DNA from: Deltaproteobacteria bacterium
Lineage (GTDB): Bacteria > Desulfobacterota > Desulfovibrionia > Desulfovibrionales > Desulfovibrionaceae
Direction: 5' to 3'
Assembly: GCA_031285295.1 (NCBI GenBank)
Contig: JAITWK010000025.1
Span: forward strand, 2,967 to 66,966
DNA: 64,000 nt
Position numbers and translations under genes: made by a program. Positions within the stretch are counted from its first letter, which is position 1, and the number at the start of each line of letters is the position of its first letter. This document shows positions 9,662-19,899 of this stretch, one piece after another. The notes beneath the pieces were generated by a model, which had not been told where the DNA came from, did not search any database, and worked only from the letters and a program-made list of their open reading frames with translations.

Positions 9662-10882
9662 ATGCGCAAGTTGTTAATAAAAATTTTGCTGGTCAGCCTT
9701 TTGTGCCTTGGTGGGTGTTCCGAGCTGAAAACCGTGCTGCCCCCGCCGCCACCTCCCCCGCCGCCGCCTGTTGTCGTCCAGCCTGCCCCCGCGCCTGAGC
9801 CGCCAAAACAGGCGGAAAAAAGCCGTACCGGGCGTTTTATCAATCTGGAAAACTTCACGCTCCGCGTTTTGCCTCGCGGTGAGGCCGCTGTGCTGGCCCG
9901 GCGCATGTCGCCGCAGCAGCAGGGTCTGGCTGGCTGGAATGATTTGCGCCCCGGTCTGGAACAGAGTCTGGACTATGTCAAAACGCGTCCTGCGGACTCC
10001 GTGGCCGTAAGGTATCCTTCAAGTCCGCAACTGTGGGTGACCTGGGGGGAGCTGCGCGCTTCGCTTACCCGCCTGCTGGAACTTCTGCCCCAACTGGATG
10101 CCAATCCGGGTCTTCTGGCCGAGCGCTTTCGCTGGCTGGCTCTGGGGCCGGAATTCGGCTTTACCGGCTATTACGAGCCGACCATTTTCGCTTCTTACCG
10201 CCCCAGCCCCATGTATGCTTATCCGTTATATGCCAAACCGCCGGATTTGCAGCCGGGCAAGCTTTTTTATGACCGCCACGCCATTGACCGGCAGCGCGTG
10301 CTGGCCGGGCGCGGCCTGGAGCTGGCCTGGGTGCGTGACGAAGTCGATGCTTTTTTCTTGCAGATTCAAGGCTCCGGACGTCTGGTTTTTCCGGATGGGG
10401 AGACCAGGCATGTGCTTTACGCAGGCAAGAACGGGCATCCTTATGTGCCGATCGGGGCAGTGTTGCGCGATCAGGGTTTTTTGGCGGAAAATGATATCAG
10501 CATGACGAGCATACGCGGCAGTCTTTTGAATCACCCGCACGAGAAAGGGGATCTGTTGGACCACAACCCTTCCTATGTGTTTTTCCGCCTGGCCGACCAG
10601 GGGCCGATAGGGAGCATGGGCAAGATCCTGACGCCGCGCGTCAGTCTGGCTGTTGACCCGGAAGTGTTGCCCTATGGTTCGGTGGTGTTTTTCAGCACCA
10701 ACCTGCCCAACTACCTTGGCGTGCATAACCGGCCTCTTTACGGCCTGGGCCTGCCGCAGGACAGCGGCGGAGCCATCAAGGGGCGGCGCGTTGATTACTT
10801 CATGGGCGCGGGCAAGGCTGCCGAACATGTGGCCGGGCACCTGCATCAGGCGGGGATGGTGTATTTGTTGTTGGTGGAGTAA
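9662..10882 (+). CDS. mltA: membrane-bound lytic murein transglycosylase A (lipoprotein)
   Basis: MRKLLIKILLVSLLCLGGCS carries a lipobox. The MltA-like core includes GYYEPTIFAS, LAWVRDEVDAFFLQIQGSGRL and YAGKNGHPYVPIG. A C-terminal 3D-like region (DSGGAIKGRRVDYFMG) is present. A run of 10 prolines follows the lipobox. Confidence 0.9.
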   Translation: MRKLLIKILLVSLLCLGGCSELKTVLPPPPPPPPPPVVVQPAPAPEPPKQAEKSRTGRFINLENFTLRVLPRGEAAVLARRMSPQQQGLAGWNDLRPGLEQSLDYVKTRPADSVAVRYPSSPQLWVTWGELRASLTRLLELLPQLDANPGLLAERFRWLALGPEFGFTGYYEPTIFASYRPSPMYAYPLYAKPPDLQPGKLFYDRHAIDRQRVLAGRGLELAWVRDEVDAFFLQIQGSGRLVFPDGETRHVLYAGKNGHPYVPIGAVLRDQGFLAENDISMTSIRGSLLNHPHEKGDLLDHNPSYVFFRLADQGPIGSMGKILTPRVSLAVDPEVLPYGSVVFFSTNLPNYLGVHNRPLYGLGLPQDSGGAIKGRRVDYFMGAGKAAEHVAGHLHQAGMVYLLLVE

Positions 10883-10939
10883 ATAATAACATTTTATCAG
10901 GTGCTTGCCTTTTGCAGTTCGGCACCCTAATTGTAATCA

Positions 10940-11629
10940 TTATAGTAATTCGTGAAGACCATGGATTATTCCGCCTTCAGCATCATAGCATTTATCGAAT
11001 ACGCTGCAAAAATGGTTGTCGTTAGCTTCGTACTTTCTGAACAAAGAGTAGGCAACCATATCGGCAAGCTGGATCAGCCTGGAGGCTCTTGAATCCAGAA
11101 ATAAGGGTACTTCGGCAAAATTTTTTAAAGTTCCCCATTTATGCCCATGTGATTTGAAATCATGAGACATTTTTTGTATTCGAGATTCTGATTTATTTTT
11201 GTCAAAAATTACAAGTCCTCGTTCCTTCTTGTTTTGACTTTGATATAATCGCCCGAGCATCATATCAAATCTACTGGCCACCTGGGTGAACATATGCTCA
11301 GAGATATCAATTCCAGAGCAGGCGCTTTTTTTGGCGATAGCGGCAAAGACACTTATTGATCGCGCGCGCTGAGGAATTATGTTTAAAACATCCAGCATGG
11401 CTTGTTCACGATCGACTTTAGGAACTTTACGCCAAAACCCTTTACCTGTACGCATCGGGTTGCCGTGAAATTCAATTTCGGGAGGGAGGTTATACTTTTG
11501 TGCGATAGCTTCCAAGTCTTGCTCAACCCAGTGCGTTTTGGTCTCAAACAAGGAAAATCCAGCAAATATACAATGTTTGCAGCTTGGATCCCCGATGGTT
11601 CCTGAGTCGTCAAGATAGAGCAGGTACAT
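10940..11629 (-). CDS. DUF3800 domain protein in an AT-rich islet
   Basis: MYLLYLDDSGTIGD... is a typical DUF3800 N-terminus. Codon and base composition is visibly AT-rich relative to the flanking mltA and tkt. Confidence 0.75.
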   Translation of the reverse strand: MYLLYLDDSGTIGDPSCKHCIFAGFSLFETKTHWVEQDLEAIAQKYNLPPEIEFHGNPMRTGKGFWRKVPKVDREQAMLDVLNIIPQRARSISVFAAIAKKSACSGIDISEHMFTQVASRFDMMLGRLYQSQNKKERGLVIFDKNKSESRIQKMSHDFKSHGHKWGTLKNFAEVPLFLDSRASRLIQLADMVAYSLFRKYEANDNHFCSVFDKCYDAEGGIIHGLHELL

Positions 11630-11638
11630 AATCACCCC

Positions 11639-11706
11639 AAAAAAAAAGAGAGTTAGGTGGAAGAAATTTCCAACGCACTGCAAAAAAAGGCAGTACTCCT
11701 AACTCT
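11639..11706 (-). terminator. putative rho-independent terminator downstream of tkt
   Basis: On the minus strand, AGAGTTAGG (11706-11698) pairs with CCTAACTCT (11657-11649) and is followed by C plus a T9 run. The 40-nt loop holds an inner ACTGC/GCAGT hairpin. Confidence 0.5.
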
Positions 11707-11751
11707 TTTTAAAAGAATATGGCTGTAAAGCGACAAAGTCAAGCCTAAACG

Positions 11752-13812
11752 CTATTCGCTTTTGCCGGCGATCAGTTTTTCCACAGTTTTCACTACGTTT
11801 TCCACGGTGAAGCCGAAATGGTTGAACAGCACCTTGCCGGGAGCGGATTTGCCGAAACCGCGCATTCCGATAACCGCGCCGTCCAGTCCCACATACTTGC
11901 GCCACCAGTCCACGGCCCCGGCCTCAATGGCCAGACGGGCGCGCACGTTGGTAGGCAACACTTTGCAGCGCCAGGCAACATCCTGCGCATCAAAAGCTTC
12001 GGCGCAGGGCATGGAAACCACGCGCACGCGCAATTTCTTTTCTTCCAGGGCTTCGGCTGCGGCTACGGCCAGAGAAACTTCCGATCCGGTGGCGATGATG
12101 ATCGCCTGCGGGTCGCCGCCCGTGGCTTCGCGCAGAATGTAGCCGCCGGTTTTGATGCTGGCCAGCATGGTTTCTGCGGGAGTGCAGGTTTCGCCTGGTC
12201 CTTCCGGTTCGCAGGGGTGGTATTTTGTGCGATCCAGCACGGGCAGATTCTGGCGGCTAAGGGCCAGACAGGTGGGAGAGTCTTTGTGACGCAGGGCGTC
12301 CAGCCAGGCCACGATCGTTTCCACGGAGTCCGCCGGACGCCAGACGCGCACACCCGGCGTCAGGCGCAACATGCCGAGCTGTTCAACCGGTTCGTGCGTT
12401 GCGCCGTCTTCGCCCACACCAATGGAGTCGTGCGTGAGCACCCAGATAACGCGTTGTTCCATCAGGCCGGACAGGCGGATGGCGCTTTTGGCGTAATCGG
12501 AAAAGATCAGGAAGGTTCCGCCGTAGGGGATGAAGCCGCCGTGCAGGGCCAGGCCGTTCATGATGGCACCCATGGCGAACTCGCGCACTCCATAATAAAG
12601 GTAGTTGCCGTCAAAATCCTGCGGGGTAACGTCTTTTGCACCGTTCCATTTGGTGCAGACCGAGCCGGTGAGGTCGGCTGAACCGCCGACCAGAGCCGGG
12701 AACAACGGGCCAAGCACATCCAGGATTTTTTTCGAAGAGTTGCGGGTGGCTTCCTGCCCGCCCGCAGCCTGTGTTTTTTCCAGCAGATCGGTCAAGGTCT
12801 GACGCCAGCCAGCCGGAAAATCGCCGTTCATGCGCTTTTCAAATTCTTCGGCCAGTTGCGGTTCAGCCTGCTCATATTTTTTGAGCAGATTGTTCCATTT
12901 TTTTTCCGCCTGCTGGCCTTCCAGCTTGGCGTCCCAGGCCGAACGGATTTCAGCCGGAATATCAAAGGGCGGATGCTTCCAGCCGAGCAGCTTGCGCGCG
13001 CCTTCGATTTCTTCTTCACCCAGCGGGGAACCGTGGCAGGAGGCGCTGCCCGCCTTGGTGGGAGCGCCATAGCCGATAGCTGTGCGGCAGGAAATCAGAC
13101 TTGGTTTGTCGGTTATCTTGCGGGCGCGGGCAATGGCTTTTTTCACAGCTTCGCCGTCCTGGCCGTCAACATCTTCCGTGTGCCAGCCGTAAGCTTCAAA
13201 GCGGGCCAGGGTGTTTTCGCTGAACCAGGGTTGCACCTGACCATCAATGGAGATGCCGTTGTTGTCCCAGAGGGCGATCAGTTTGCCCAGGCCGAGCGTA
13301 CCGGCCAGGGAACCGGCTTCGTGGGAGATGCCTTCCATCAGGCAGCCGTCACCCATAAAAACGTAGGTGTAGTGATCCACTACGGGCAGCCCTTCGCGGT
13401 TGTATTTGGCGGCCAGCATTTTTTCCGCCAAAGCCATGCCCACGGCGGTAGCCAGCCCCTGGCCGAGCGGTCCGGTGGTGGTCTCCACGCCGGGAGTCAG
13501 CCCGTGCTCAGGGTGTCCTGGGGTTTTGGAATCAAGCTGGCGGAATTTTTTCAGGTCTTCAAGGGTCAGATCGTAGCCGGTAAGGTAAAGTACGGCGTAA
13601 AGCAGCATGGAGGCGTGCCCGTTGGAGAGCACGAAGCGGTCACGGTTCCACCAGCCGGGGTTGGCCGGGTTGTGCACCATGAAATCGTTCCATAGCGTTT
13701 CAGCCATGTCGGCCATGCCTAGCGGCGCTCCAGGGTGGCCGGAGCCTGCTTTCTGGATTGCGTCCATGGCCAGAAAGCGCACGGCATTGGCCAATTCTTT
13801 ACGGGTAGACAT
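11752..13812 (-). CDS. tkt: transketolase
   Basis: 686 aa. SGHPGAPLGMAD, a ThDP-binding GDGCLMEG motif and the overall Tkt layout. Confidence 0.97.
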   Translation of the reverse strand: MSTRKELANAVRFLAMDAIQKAGSGHPGAPLGMADMAETLWNDFMVHNPANPGWWNRDRFVLSNGHASMLLYAVLYLTGYDLTLEDLKKFRQLDSKTPGHPEHGLTPGVETTTGPLGQGLATAVGMALAEKMLAAKYNREGLPVVDHYTYVFMGDGCLMEGISHEAGSLAGTLGLGKLIALWDNNGISIDGQVQPWFSENTLARFEAYGWHTEDVDGQDGEAVKKAIARARKITDKPSLISCRTAIGYGAPTKAGSASCHGSPLGEEEIEGARKLLGWKHPPFDIPAEIRSAWDAKLEGQQAEKKWNNLLKKYEQAEPQLAEEFEKRMNGDFPAGWRQTLTDLLEKTQAAGGQEATRNSSKKILDVLGPLFPALVGGSADLTGSVCTKWNGAKDVTPQDFDGNYLYYGVREFAMGAIMNGLALHGGFIPYGGTFLIFSDYAKSAIRLSGLMEQRVIWVLTHDSIGVGEDGATHEPVEQLGMLRLTPGVRVWRPADSVETIVAWLDALRHKDSPTCLALSRQNLPVLDRTKYHPCEPEGPGETCTPAETMLASIKTGGYILREATGGDPQAIIIATGSEVSLAVAAAEALEEKKLRVRVVSMPCAEAFDAQDVAWRCKVLPTNVRARLAIEAGAVDWWRKYVGLDGAVIGMRGFGKSAPGKVLFNHFGFTVENVVKTVEKLIAGKSE

Positions 13813-14462
13813 TATTCTTCCTCCATTTGGAAGGCCTTAAGCCGTTCGGCATAAGGCGGAAAATTAAAAAAGGCCGAGCCGGAGACAAGCACATCTGCTC
13901 CAGCGGCCAAGAGGCGCGGTGTATTGGTCGGGTCAACCCCGCCATCGACCTGAATCAGGGCGCTGGATCCGGCGGCTTTGAGTTTTGCCTTGAGTTCGGA
14001 AATTTTATCATAGGCCAGCGGCATGAATTTTTGCCCGCCAAAGCCGGGGTTAACGCTCATGATCAGCGCCAGATCCAGCTTATCCAGCACATAATTAAGG
14101 CTGCACAGCGGCGTGGCCGGATTGAGCGCCACACCGGCCTTCATGCCCAGACGCCGGATTTCGTCCAGCGTGCGCGGCAGGTGCGCGGCGGCCTCGACAT
14201 GTACCACCAGCAGATCCGCCCCGGCCTCGGCAAAGTCGGCCAGATAGCGTTCCGGATGTTCGATCATAAGATGCACGTCAAAAAAAAGCCGGCTGGTCTG
14301 GCGCAGTCTTTTGATGACCGGCGGCCCAAAGGTGATATTGGGTACGAAAGCGCCGTCCATGACGTCCCAGTGCGCCCAGGTCAGCCCGGCCTGTTCCAGA
14401 GCCTGAAGCTCCTCGGCCAGGCGGCCGAAATCGGAAGAAAGCAAAGAGGGGGAAAGAATCAT
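13812..14462 (-). CDS. rpe: ribulose-phosphate 3-epimerase
   Basis: MILSPSLLSSDFGRLAEE, HWDVMDGAFVPNITFG and MSVNPGFGGQKF. Confidence 0.96.
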   Translation of the reverse strand: MILSPSLLSSDFGRLAEELQALEQAGLTWAHWDVMDGAFVPNITFGPPVIKRLRQTSRLFFDVHLMIEHPERYLADFAEAGADLLVVHVEAAAHLPRTLDEIRRLGMKAGVALNPATPLCSLNYVLDKLDLALIMSVNPGFGGQKFMPLAYDKISELKAKLKAAGSSALIQVDGGVDPTNTPRLLAAGADVLVSGSAFFNFPPYAERLKAFQMEEE

Positions 14463-14506
14463 GCGGTCTCCATTATAAAATCAGGACGGGATAGCCGGGG
14501 TTGGGT

Positions 14507-15184
14507 TCAGGCTGAGCGGCTGCCGGAGAATTTGGCCAGATCGGCGTTAAGATCGGCCAGAGCGGCCAGCACCTGACGCAGCAAAGCTTCTTTTCTTTTG
14601 ATCTCGGCCTCGGATTGTTCCAGGGCGGCTTTGAGTTGCTGCAATTCGTCGCAGAGCCGGGAATTGTCGGTTACGGCATCAGAAGCGGCATTGATTGTGG
14701 CATCATGGGGAACGTCAGATGCAAGATCCGGGATGACGTCAGGAGCGGCACAGGAAGCCACGACGATCGCATCGTCAGCCCCGGTAACTGGCGCGGTAAA
14801 TTGTACGGGCACGAATTTTGGCGCGAATTCGGGCGAGGCATCCGGTACGTCGCCAGATGCCTCGCCATATGTCTCAGATGTGTCATCGGCTTCGCCGAAA
14901 TAGTCGCTGTAACCTCGGGTAAGCATGGAAGTGCTCAGTTCCTCATCCATATGCCGCATGTCCGCCAGAATTTTGCGCGCTCCTTCAATGGTCAGACCGC
15001 GCTCGTGCAGCAGATGGCGAATGCGTCCGAGCAGCACAAGGTCCTGCTCGCTGTAAAGGCGTTGGCCGGATTCCGTGCGCAACGGGTTGAGCTGCGGGAA
15101 TTCGGTTTCCCAAAAGCGCAGCACATAGCTCTTGAGGTTAAGCAGTTGTGCCGCCTCGCCAATTTTATAAGTCTTTTCGGGCAT
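14507..15184 (-). CDS. MerR family transcriptional regulator
   Basis: The N-terminal YKIGEAAQLLNLKSYVLRFWETEF...RLYSEQDLVLLGRIRHLL is a MerR HTH. An acidic linker and a C-terminal coiled coil follow. Confidence 0.88.
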   Translation of the reverse strand: MPEKTYKIGEAAQLLNLKSYVLRFWETEFPQLNPLRTESGQRLYSEQDLVLLGRIRHLLHERGLTIEGARKILADMRHMDEELSTSMLTRGYSDYFGEADDTSETYGEASGDVPDASPEFAPKFVPVQFTAPVTGADDAIVVASCAAPDVIPDLASDVPHDATINAASDAVTDNSRLCDELQQLKAALEQSEAEIKRKEALLRQVLAALADLNADLAKFSGSRSA

Positions 15185-15185
15185 C

Positions 15186-17636
15186 TTAAATTCTGACCGG
15201 TAAAGCCTTTACAAGCGCGGCAGCCATCGAATCCCGCAGTTTGTCAACTTCGGCGTCCTGCAAGGTGCGATCCGCCGCACGATAGGTAAGCCGGAAAGTC
15301 AGGTTACGCTCCTGACCGCCTGCGGGCAGGAAGAGGTCAACCAGACTCACACTTTCCAGCCCAGCCGGACTGGATTTTTTGATGACCGCAAGAACGGCCT
15401 CGGCTTCCAGGCCGAGGGGAGCGATGACTGTTATGTCGCGCCGCACCGGCGGGAATACCGGCAGCGGTTTGGAGCGCGGCTTCACACCCAGGCTCAGTTT
15501 GTAAAGCAGATCCATATCCAGTTCAGCCGCCCAGACGTTTTTACGGGCGTGATAGACATCGGCGATTTCCGGCTTTACCCGGCCTATCCAGCCAAGCTGG
15601 ACGCTTTGGCCGTTTATGACAAGGCTTACCGAAACACCGGGCAGCAGCCAGGGCAGGGCTTTGCCGCTATCCACAGCCATATTCGCGTAAACAGCGGCGG
15701 GCAGGCGCAGCTTGTCCAGCAGCGCTTCGACCACGCCTTTCACATCCAGATAATCGGCTTCGGCCTGGGTTTGCGGCCAGCCAGCGCTGAAACGGTCGCC
15801 ATAAAAGAGCAGGCCCAGGCGCAAATTTTCATGCGCCGTGGTTTCGCTGGCCGGATCAGCGGTAAAGGCGTTTGCCACCTCGAACACACGCAACCCGCCA
15901 GCCCCCTGGGCCAGGTTGTTGCGCAGCGAGTTCATCAGGCCGGGCAAAAGCGCTGTACGCAGCACGTCCATGTCGGAGGTCAGCGGATTCATGATGCTGA
16001 GGCGGCCTTCTGCGGGCAGGCCGAAGAGATCCAAATCCTTGTGGCCGACAAAGCTGTAGTTGACTACTTCGTTCAGGCCCAGTCCGGCAGCCCAGTGCTT
16101 TACCCGGCTGACGAACTGGTAGATGGATTTTGCTTCACCGGCTTTTTCCGCAGGGCGCTCAACTTCCGGCAGAGTTTGCGGCAGGTTGTCAAAGCCGTAA
16201 ACTCTGGCCAGCTCTTCGATGAGATCCACTTCCCGCTCCAGATCCGGGCGGTGGTTGGGCGGCGCAACCCGCCAGGTTTCGCGGCCAGCCTCGGTGCAAT
16301 CCTTTTCCAGCTTGCAGCCCAGCTTGCTGAGGCAGTCTTCGCAAAACTCCGGTGTAAGGCTAACACCGATGAGCAGTTCGGCTCGCTCGCGGCGCAAGGG
16401 CAGCAGGGGGGCAACCCAGGGTTTTGGTTCACTGCCCAGCGAACCCGCCGAGAGTTTGCCCTGCCCCAATTTGGCGATCATTGCCGCAGCCCGTTCCAGC
16501 GCGTAACCGCACATGGATTGATCCACGCCCCGCTCAAAACGGTAGGAGGCTTCGGAGGAAAGGTGCAGGCGCTTGGAAGTGCGGCGAATCAGCGAAGGAT
16601 TGAAAATGGCTCCTTCCAGCAGTACAGCGCTGCTTTGAGCGTCGATATCGCTGTTGGCTCCGCCCATGACGCCGCCCAGGCCGATCGGGCCTTCGGCATC
16701 ACGGATGGTGATGTCGCGAGTTACCAGCTGGCGTTCCTGCCCGTCCAGGGTAACCAGTTTTTCGCCTTCGCCAGCCAGGGCCACACGCACCTTGCCGCCG
16801 CGTACCTTGTGCAGGTCGAAGCTGTGCAGGGGCTGGCCCAGTTCAAGCATTACATAGTTGGTGACGTCAACCAGATTGGAAATGGAGCGCTGGCCCACGC
16901 CCTGCAAGCGCCAGCGCAGCCAGGCCGGACTGCGTCCGACTTTCAGGCCCTCGATTGCGCGCAGATGATAGTAAGAGGAAACATCGCCGCTCTCCACTTC
17001 CAGTTGCAAGCCTTCAAGAGCGCAGCTGCCGCGTTCCACTCCCGCATAGTCGATGGCGGGCAGAGTGAGGGGCAGGTTGAAGGCCAGGGCGGTTTCGCGG
17101 GCCAGGCCCAGCACCGAGAGGCAGTCGCCCCGGTTGGGCGTGACGGAAATATCCAGCACGGCGGTATCCAGGCCCATGGCTTCGCGGGCGTTTTGCCCCA
17201 GAGTGAAGGGGCCGGACATTTCTTCGTCCAGCACCAGGATGCCCCGGTGGTCGTCGGAAAGGCCGAGTTCGCGCTCGGAGCAGATGATCCCGTTGGATTC
17301 CTGGCCGCGCAGCTTGGCCTTTTTGACCTTGGTGCCGTCCGGCATGGTGGAACCAACCGGAGCCACCACCACATGCTGGCCGGGGGCTGTATTGGGCGCA
17401 CCGCAGATGATATCGACGATTTCGCTGCCCAGATTGACGCGGCAGAGGATCAGATGATCGGAATCCGGGTGTTTTTTACATTCCTCGATCCGGCCGACAA
17501 CCATTCCTTCAATGGCCGGGAAAGGATGGCTGACGCCATCCAGTTCAAGGCCGAGCATGGTCAGTCTGGCTCCGAGTTCTTCGGGGCTGCCGGTATAGGG
17601 CACAAATTCACGCAACCAGTTTAAGCTTAAGAGCAT
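15186..17636 (-). CDS. pheT: phenylalanine--tRNA ligase beta subunit
   Basis: 816 aa. MLLSLNWLREFVPY, B3/4 and B5 domain-like regions, positioned after pheS. Confidence 0.97.
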   Translation of the reverse strand: MLLSLNWLREFVPYTGSPEELGARLTMLGLELDGVSHPFPAIEGMVVGRIEECKKHPDSDHLILCRVNLGSEIVDIICGAPNTAPGQHVVVAPVGSTMPDGTKVKKAKLRGQESNGIICSERELGLSDDHRGILVLDEEMSGPFTLGQNAREAMGLDTAVLDISVTPNRGDCLSVLGLARETALAFNLPLTLPAIDYAGVERGSCALEGLQLEVESGDVSSYYHLRAIEGLKVGRSPAWLRWRLQGVGQRSISNLVDVTNYVMLELGQPLHSFDLHKVRGGKVRVALAGEGEKLVTLDGQERQLVTRDITIRDAEGPIGLGGVMGGANSDIDAQSSAVLLEGAIFNPSLIRRTSKRLHLSSEASYRFERGVDQSMCGYALERAAAMIAKLGQGKLSAGSLGSEPKPWVAPLLPLRRERAELLIGVSLTPEFCEDCLSKLGCKLEKDCTEAGRETWRVAPPNHRPDLEREVDLIEELARVYGFDNLPQTLPEVERPAEKAGEAKSIYQFVSRVKHWAAGLGLNEVVNYSFVGHKDLDLFGLPAEGRLSIMNPLTSDMDVLRTALLPGLMNSLRNNLAQGAGGLRVFEVANAFTADPASETTAHENLRLGLLFYGDRFSAGWPQTQAEADYLDVKGVVEALLDKLRLPAAVYANMAVDSGKALPWLLPGVSVSLVINGQSVQLGWIGRVKPEIADVYHARKNVWAAELDMDLLYKLSLGVKPRSKPLPVFPPVRRDITVIAPLGLEAEAVLAVIKKSSPAGLESVSLVDLFLPAGGQERNLTFRLTYRAADRTLQDAEVDKLRDSMAAALVKALPVRI

Positions 17637-17653
17637 GGCGGTATCCTAAAATT

Positions 17654-18700
17654 TTATGAAAATTGCTGTAGGAAGCGCAGGTCGTTTTCAAAGAAAAGGC
17701 GCAAGTCGCCGATGCCGTATTTGAGCATGGCTACGCGCTCAACGCCCAGGCCGAAGGCGAAACCGGTACATTCCCGGTCAAAGCCGGAAAAGGCGTAGAC
17801 GTTCGGGTCGGTCATGCCGCAGCCGAGAATTTCCAGCCAGCCGGTAGTTTTGCAAACACGGCAGGGCTGACCGTCTATATGGCCTTTGCCGTTGCACATG
17901 ATGCAGGAGATATCCACTTCGGCGCTGGGTTCGGTAAAGGGAAAGAAGCTGGGCCGGAAGCGCACATTGACGGTTTTTCCGAACAGGCTGCGGCACATGT
18001 AGGCCAAAGTGCCGCGCAAATCGCACAAGTTGAGGTTTTTGCCCACGATCAGGCCTTCGATCTGGTGGAACATGGGCGTGTGCGTGATGTCGGAATCGCG
18101 GCGGTAAACCTTGCCGGGAATAACCACGGCCACCGGCGGTTTTTTGCTGGCCAGCATGGTGCGCACTTCCACCGGCGAGGTGTGCGTGCGCATTACGATG
18201 CCCTCGTTGACGTACAAGGTATCCTGCATGTCGCGGGCCGGGTGGTCGTGCGGGAAGTTCAGGGCCTCGAAGTTGTAGAAATCGGTTTCCACTTCCGGGC
18301 CGCCTACCACGTCATAGCCGAGTTTTTCGTAAATGGCGCAGATTTCCTCGATTACCTGGGTAATCGGGTGCAGGCTTCCCCGCCAGGGTTGGCGGCCGGG
18401 CAGCGTGGCGTCAAAGGTAACCAGATCGGCGGCCTCTTTTTGCGCCTTCAACTCTTCCAGACGCTTTTCCAGCAAATCGGAAAGAATCTGCTTTATTTCG
18501 TTGGCTTTTTGCCCGAAAGCCGGGCGCTCCTGCGGGGCCAGATCCTTGAGCTTGTTCATCAGTCCGGCCAGCGCACCTTTACGCCCGACAAAGGAAACGC
18601 GCAGTTCTTCCAGGTCCGGCAACGAAACAGCCTGGGCAAGCTGCGTTTTGAGCTTATCGACCAGGCCTTCCAGTTCAGCTATGAGATTCATGCTAGTCAT
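17654..18700 (-). CDS. pheS: phenylalanine--tRNA ligase alpha subunit
   Basis: 348 aa. [27 protein letters not shown] and [14 protein letters not shown]. Confidence 0.97.
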   Translation of the reverse strand: MTSMNLIAELEGLVDKLKTQLAQAVSLPDLEELRVSFVGRKGALAGLMNKLKDLAPQERPAFGQKANEIKQILSDLLEKRLEELKAQKEAADLVTFDATLPGRQPWRGSLHPITQVIEEICAIYEKLGYDVVGGPEVETDFYNFEALNFPHDHPARDMQDTLYVNEGIVMRTHTSPVEVRTMLASKKPPVAVVIPGKVYRRDSDITHTPMFHQIEGLIVGKNLNLCDLRGTLAYMCRSLFGKTVNVRFRPSFFPFTEPSAEVDISCIMCNGKGHIDGQPCRVCKTTGWLEILGCGMTDPNVYAFSGFDRECTGFAFGLGVERVAMLKYGIGDLRLFFENDLRFLQQFS

Positions 18701-18827
18701 CCCTTGGAACGAATTGGCTTTGGAGCGTTAATTGCCCTGAAGAACCGTTCCGACGTTTAAGCAAAAGTGAAAATTATCAAAAATTAATAACTGAACTAGG
18801 CCTGACTGACAAGTTAAAACCCATGGC

Positions 18828-18861
18828 GGTAGTGCCTCATTTTGCCGTGATGCTGCGTCAG
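18828..18861. repeat. 34-nt interspersed element, copy B
   Basis: GGTAGTGCCTCATTTTGCCGTGATGCTGCGTCAG. 33/34 identical to copy A. Lies in the rplT-pheS spacer. Confidence 0.85.
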
Positions 18862-18980
18862 ATTTTGTTTTTGCCTCCTGTCGAGTACGAGAAGAGTACA
18901 CTCCAGTCGGCAAAAACTTATCTTCCTTGCCTGACGACAAAAGCAGGCACTGCCAGATGCGCTCAAATTGAGAGGCAAGG

Positions 18981-19015
18981 CAAAAGAAAACGGCCCGGAT
19001 TGCAGTCCGGGCCGT
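18981..19015 (-). terminator. rho-independent terminator/attenuator after rplT
   Basis: Minus strand reads ACGGCCCGGA-CTGCAA-TCCGGGCCGT (10-bp GC-rich stem) followed by TTTCTTTTG. Confidence 0.8.
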
Positions 19016-19040
19016 CAACACATATTGTAAAAGATAGTGG

Positions 19041-19400
19041 CTAAGCCGAGGCCAGAGCAGCCTTGGCGTCTTCCACCAGCTTGGCGAAATCTTCTTTGGC
19101 ACGCACGGCCATATCGGCCAGCACGCGGCGGTCCAGAACGATACCAGCCAGGGCCAGGCCGTTCATGAACTTGCTGTAGGAAAGGCCATATTCTCTGGCC
19201 CCGGCGTTGATACGCAGGATCCAGATCTTGCGAAATTCTCTTTTTTTGGTCTTGCGGTCGCGGTAGGCATAAGCCTGAGCTCTTTCAACCGCTTCGCGGG
19301 CGGTGCGGTAAAGTACGCTTCTGCCGCCGCGAAACCCTTTGGCTTTATCCAGATATTTTTTATGGCGTCTGTGCGCCGTCATCCCTCTCTTTACACGCAT
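19041..19400 (-). CDS. rplT: 50S ribosomal protein L20
   Basis: [28 protein letters not shown]... Confidence 0.98.
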   Translation of the reverse strand: MRVKRGMTAHRRHKKYLDKAKGFRGGRSVLYRTAREAVERAQAYAYRDRKTKKREFRKIWILRINAGAREYGLSYSKFMNGLALAGIVLDRRVLADMAVRAKEDFAKLVEDAKAALASA

Positions 19401-19573
19401 GGAAAATCCTCCTGTTAACTCCGTGAGGCGGAGAGTATGCCAACGGAGTTTTGTTCCGCAAAAATCCTGCCGGGTTAACCTGGCAGGGAGCGGAAAATTA
19501 AAATCAAGGCCTCAGCAATACACCGGAGCATTTCACGCCTTGGGCGTGAGCTGCCCTGAAAAACGCGCCGTTC

Positions 19574-19771
19574 CTACAAATAGGGGCACATGCGCTTTAC
19601 AGCCGGGGCGTTGGTAGCGTCAACAATGGCGCTCTGGCCCAGGCGCATTTTGCGCTTGGCGTTTTTCTTGGTGAGAATGTGGCGCAGGTTCTGTTTGCGG
19701 CGCTTGAATTTACCGGTGCCGGTAATATCAAAACGCTTGGCCGCGCCTCTTCTGGTTTTAATTTTGGGCAT
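19574..19771 (-). CDS. rpmI: 50S ribosomal protein L35
   Basis: MPKIKTRRGAAKRFDITGTGKFKRRKQNLRHILTKK. The internal Met of ORF 19574..19825 was chosen as the start. Confidence 0.95.
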   Translation of the reverse strand: MPKIKTRRGAAKRFDITGTGKFKRRKQNLRHILTKKNAKRKMRLGQSAIVDATNAPAVKRMCPYL

Positions 19772-19899
19772 CAGACTACTCCTTGGAACATGTGGGGCCA
19801 GGCCCCGATTAAGCGTGAACGACAAATATATGCCGCCGCTTCCTCTCGTTTTGAGGAAGCGGGATAATGCGCTAAATTTTTAACTAAGGCAAGAGCTAA

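Noticed and set aside
9655-9906. Minus-strand ORF with a poly-Gly run (GGGGGGGGGG).
   Set aside because: It is the antisense reading of the 10-proline linker (CCN repeats) of the MltA lipoprotein, so it is not an independent gene.
18757-18780. Mini-ORF TTG-ATA-ATT-TTC-ACT-TTT-GCT-TAA (IIFTFA) in the pheS leader as a pheM-like Phe-rich attenuation peptide.
   Set aside because: It has only two Phe codons, a TTG start without an SD, and no obvious alternative terminator/antiterminator pairing around it. That is insufficient to call attenuation.
18728-19102. 124-aa minus-strand ORF spanning the rplT-pheS spacer and overlapping the rplT 3' end.
   Set aside because: It overlaps rplT in another frame and crosses a strong terminator hairpin and the repeated 34-nt element. 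Its composition is not protein-like.
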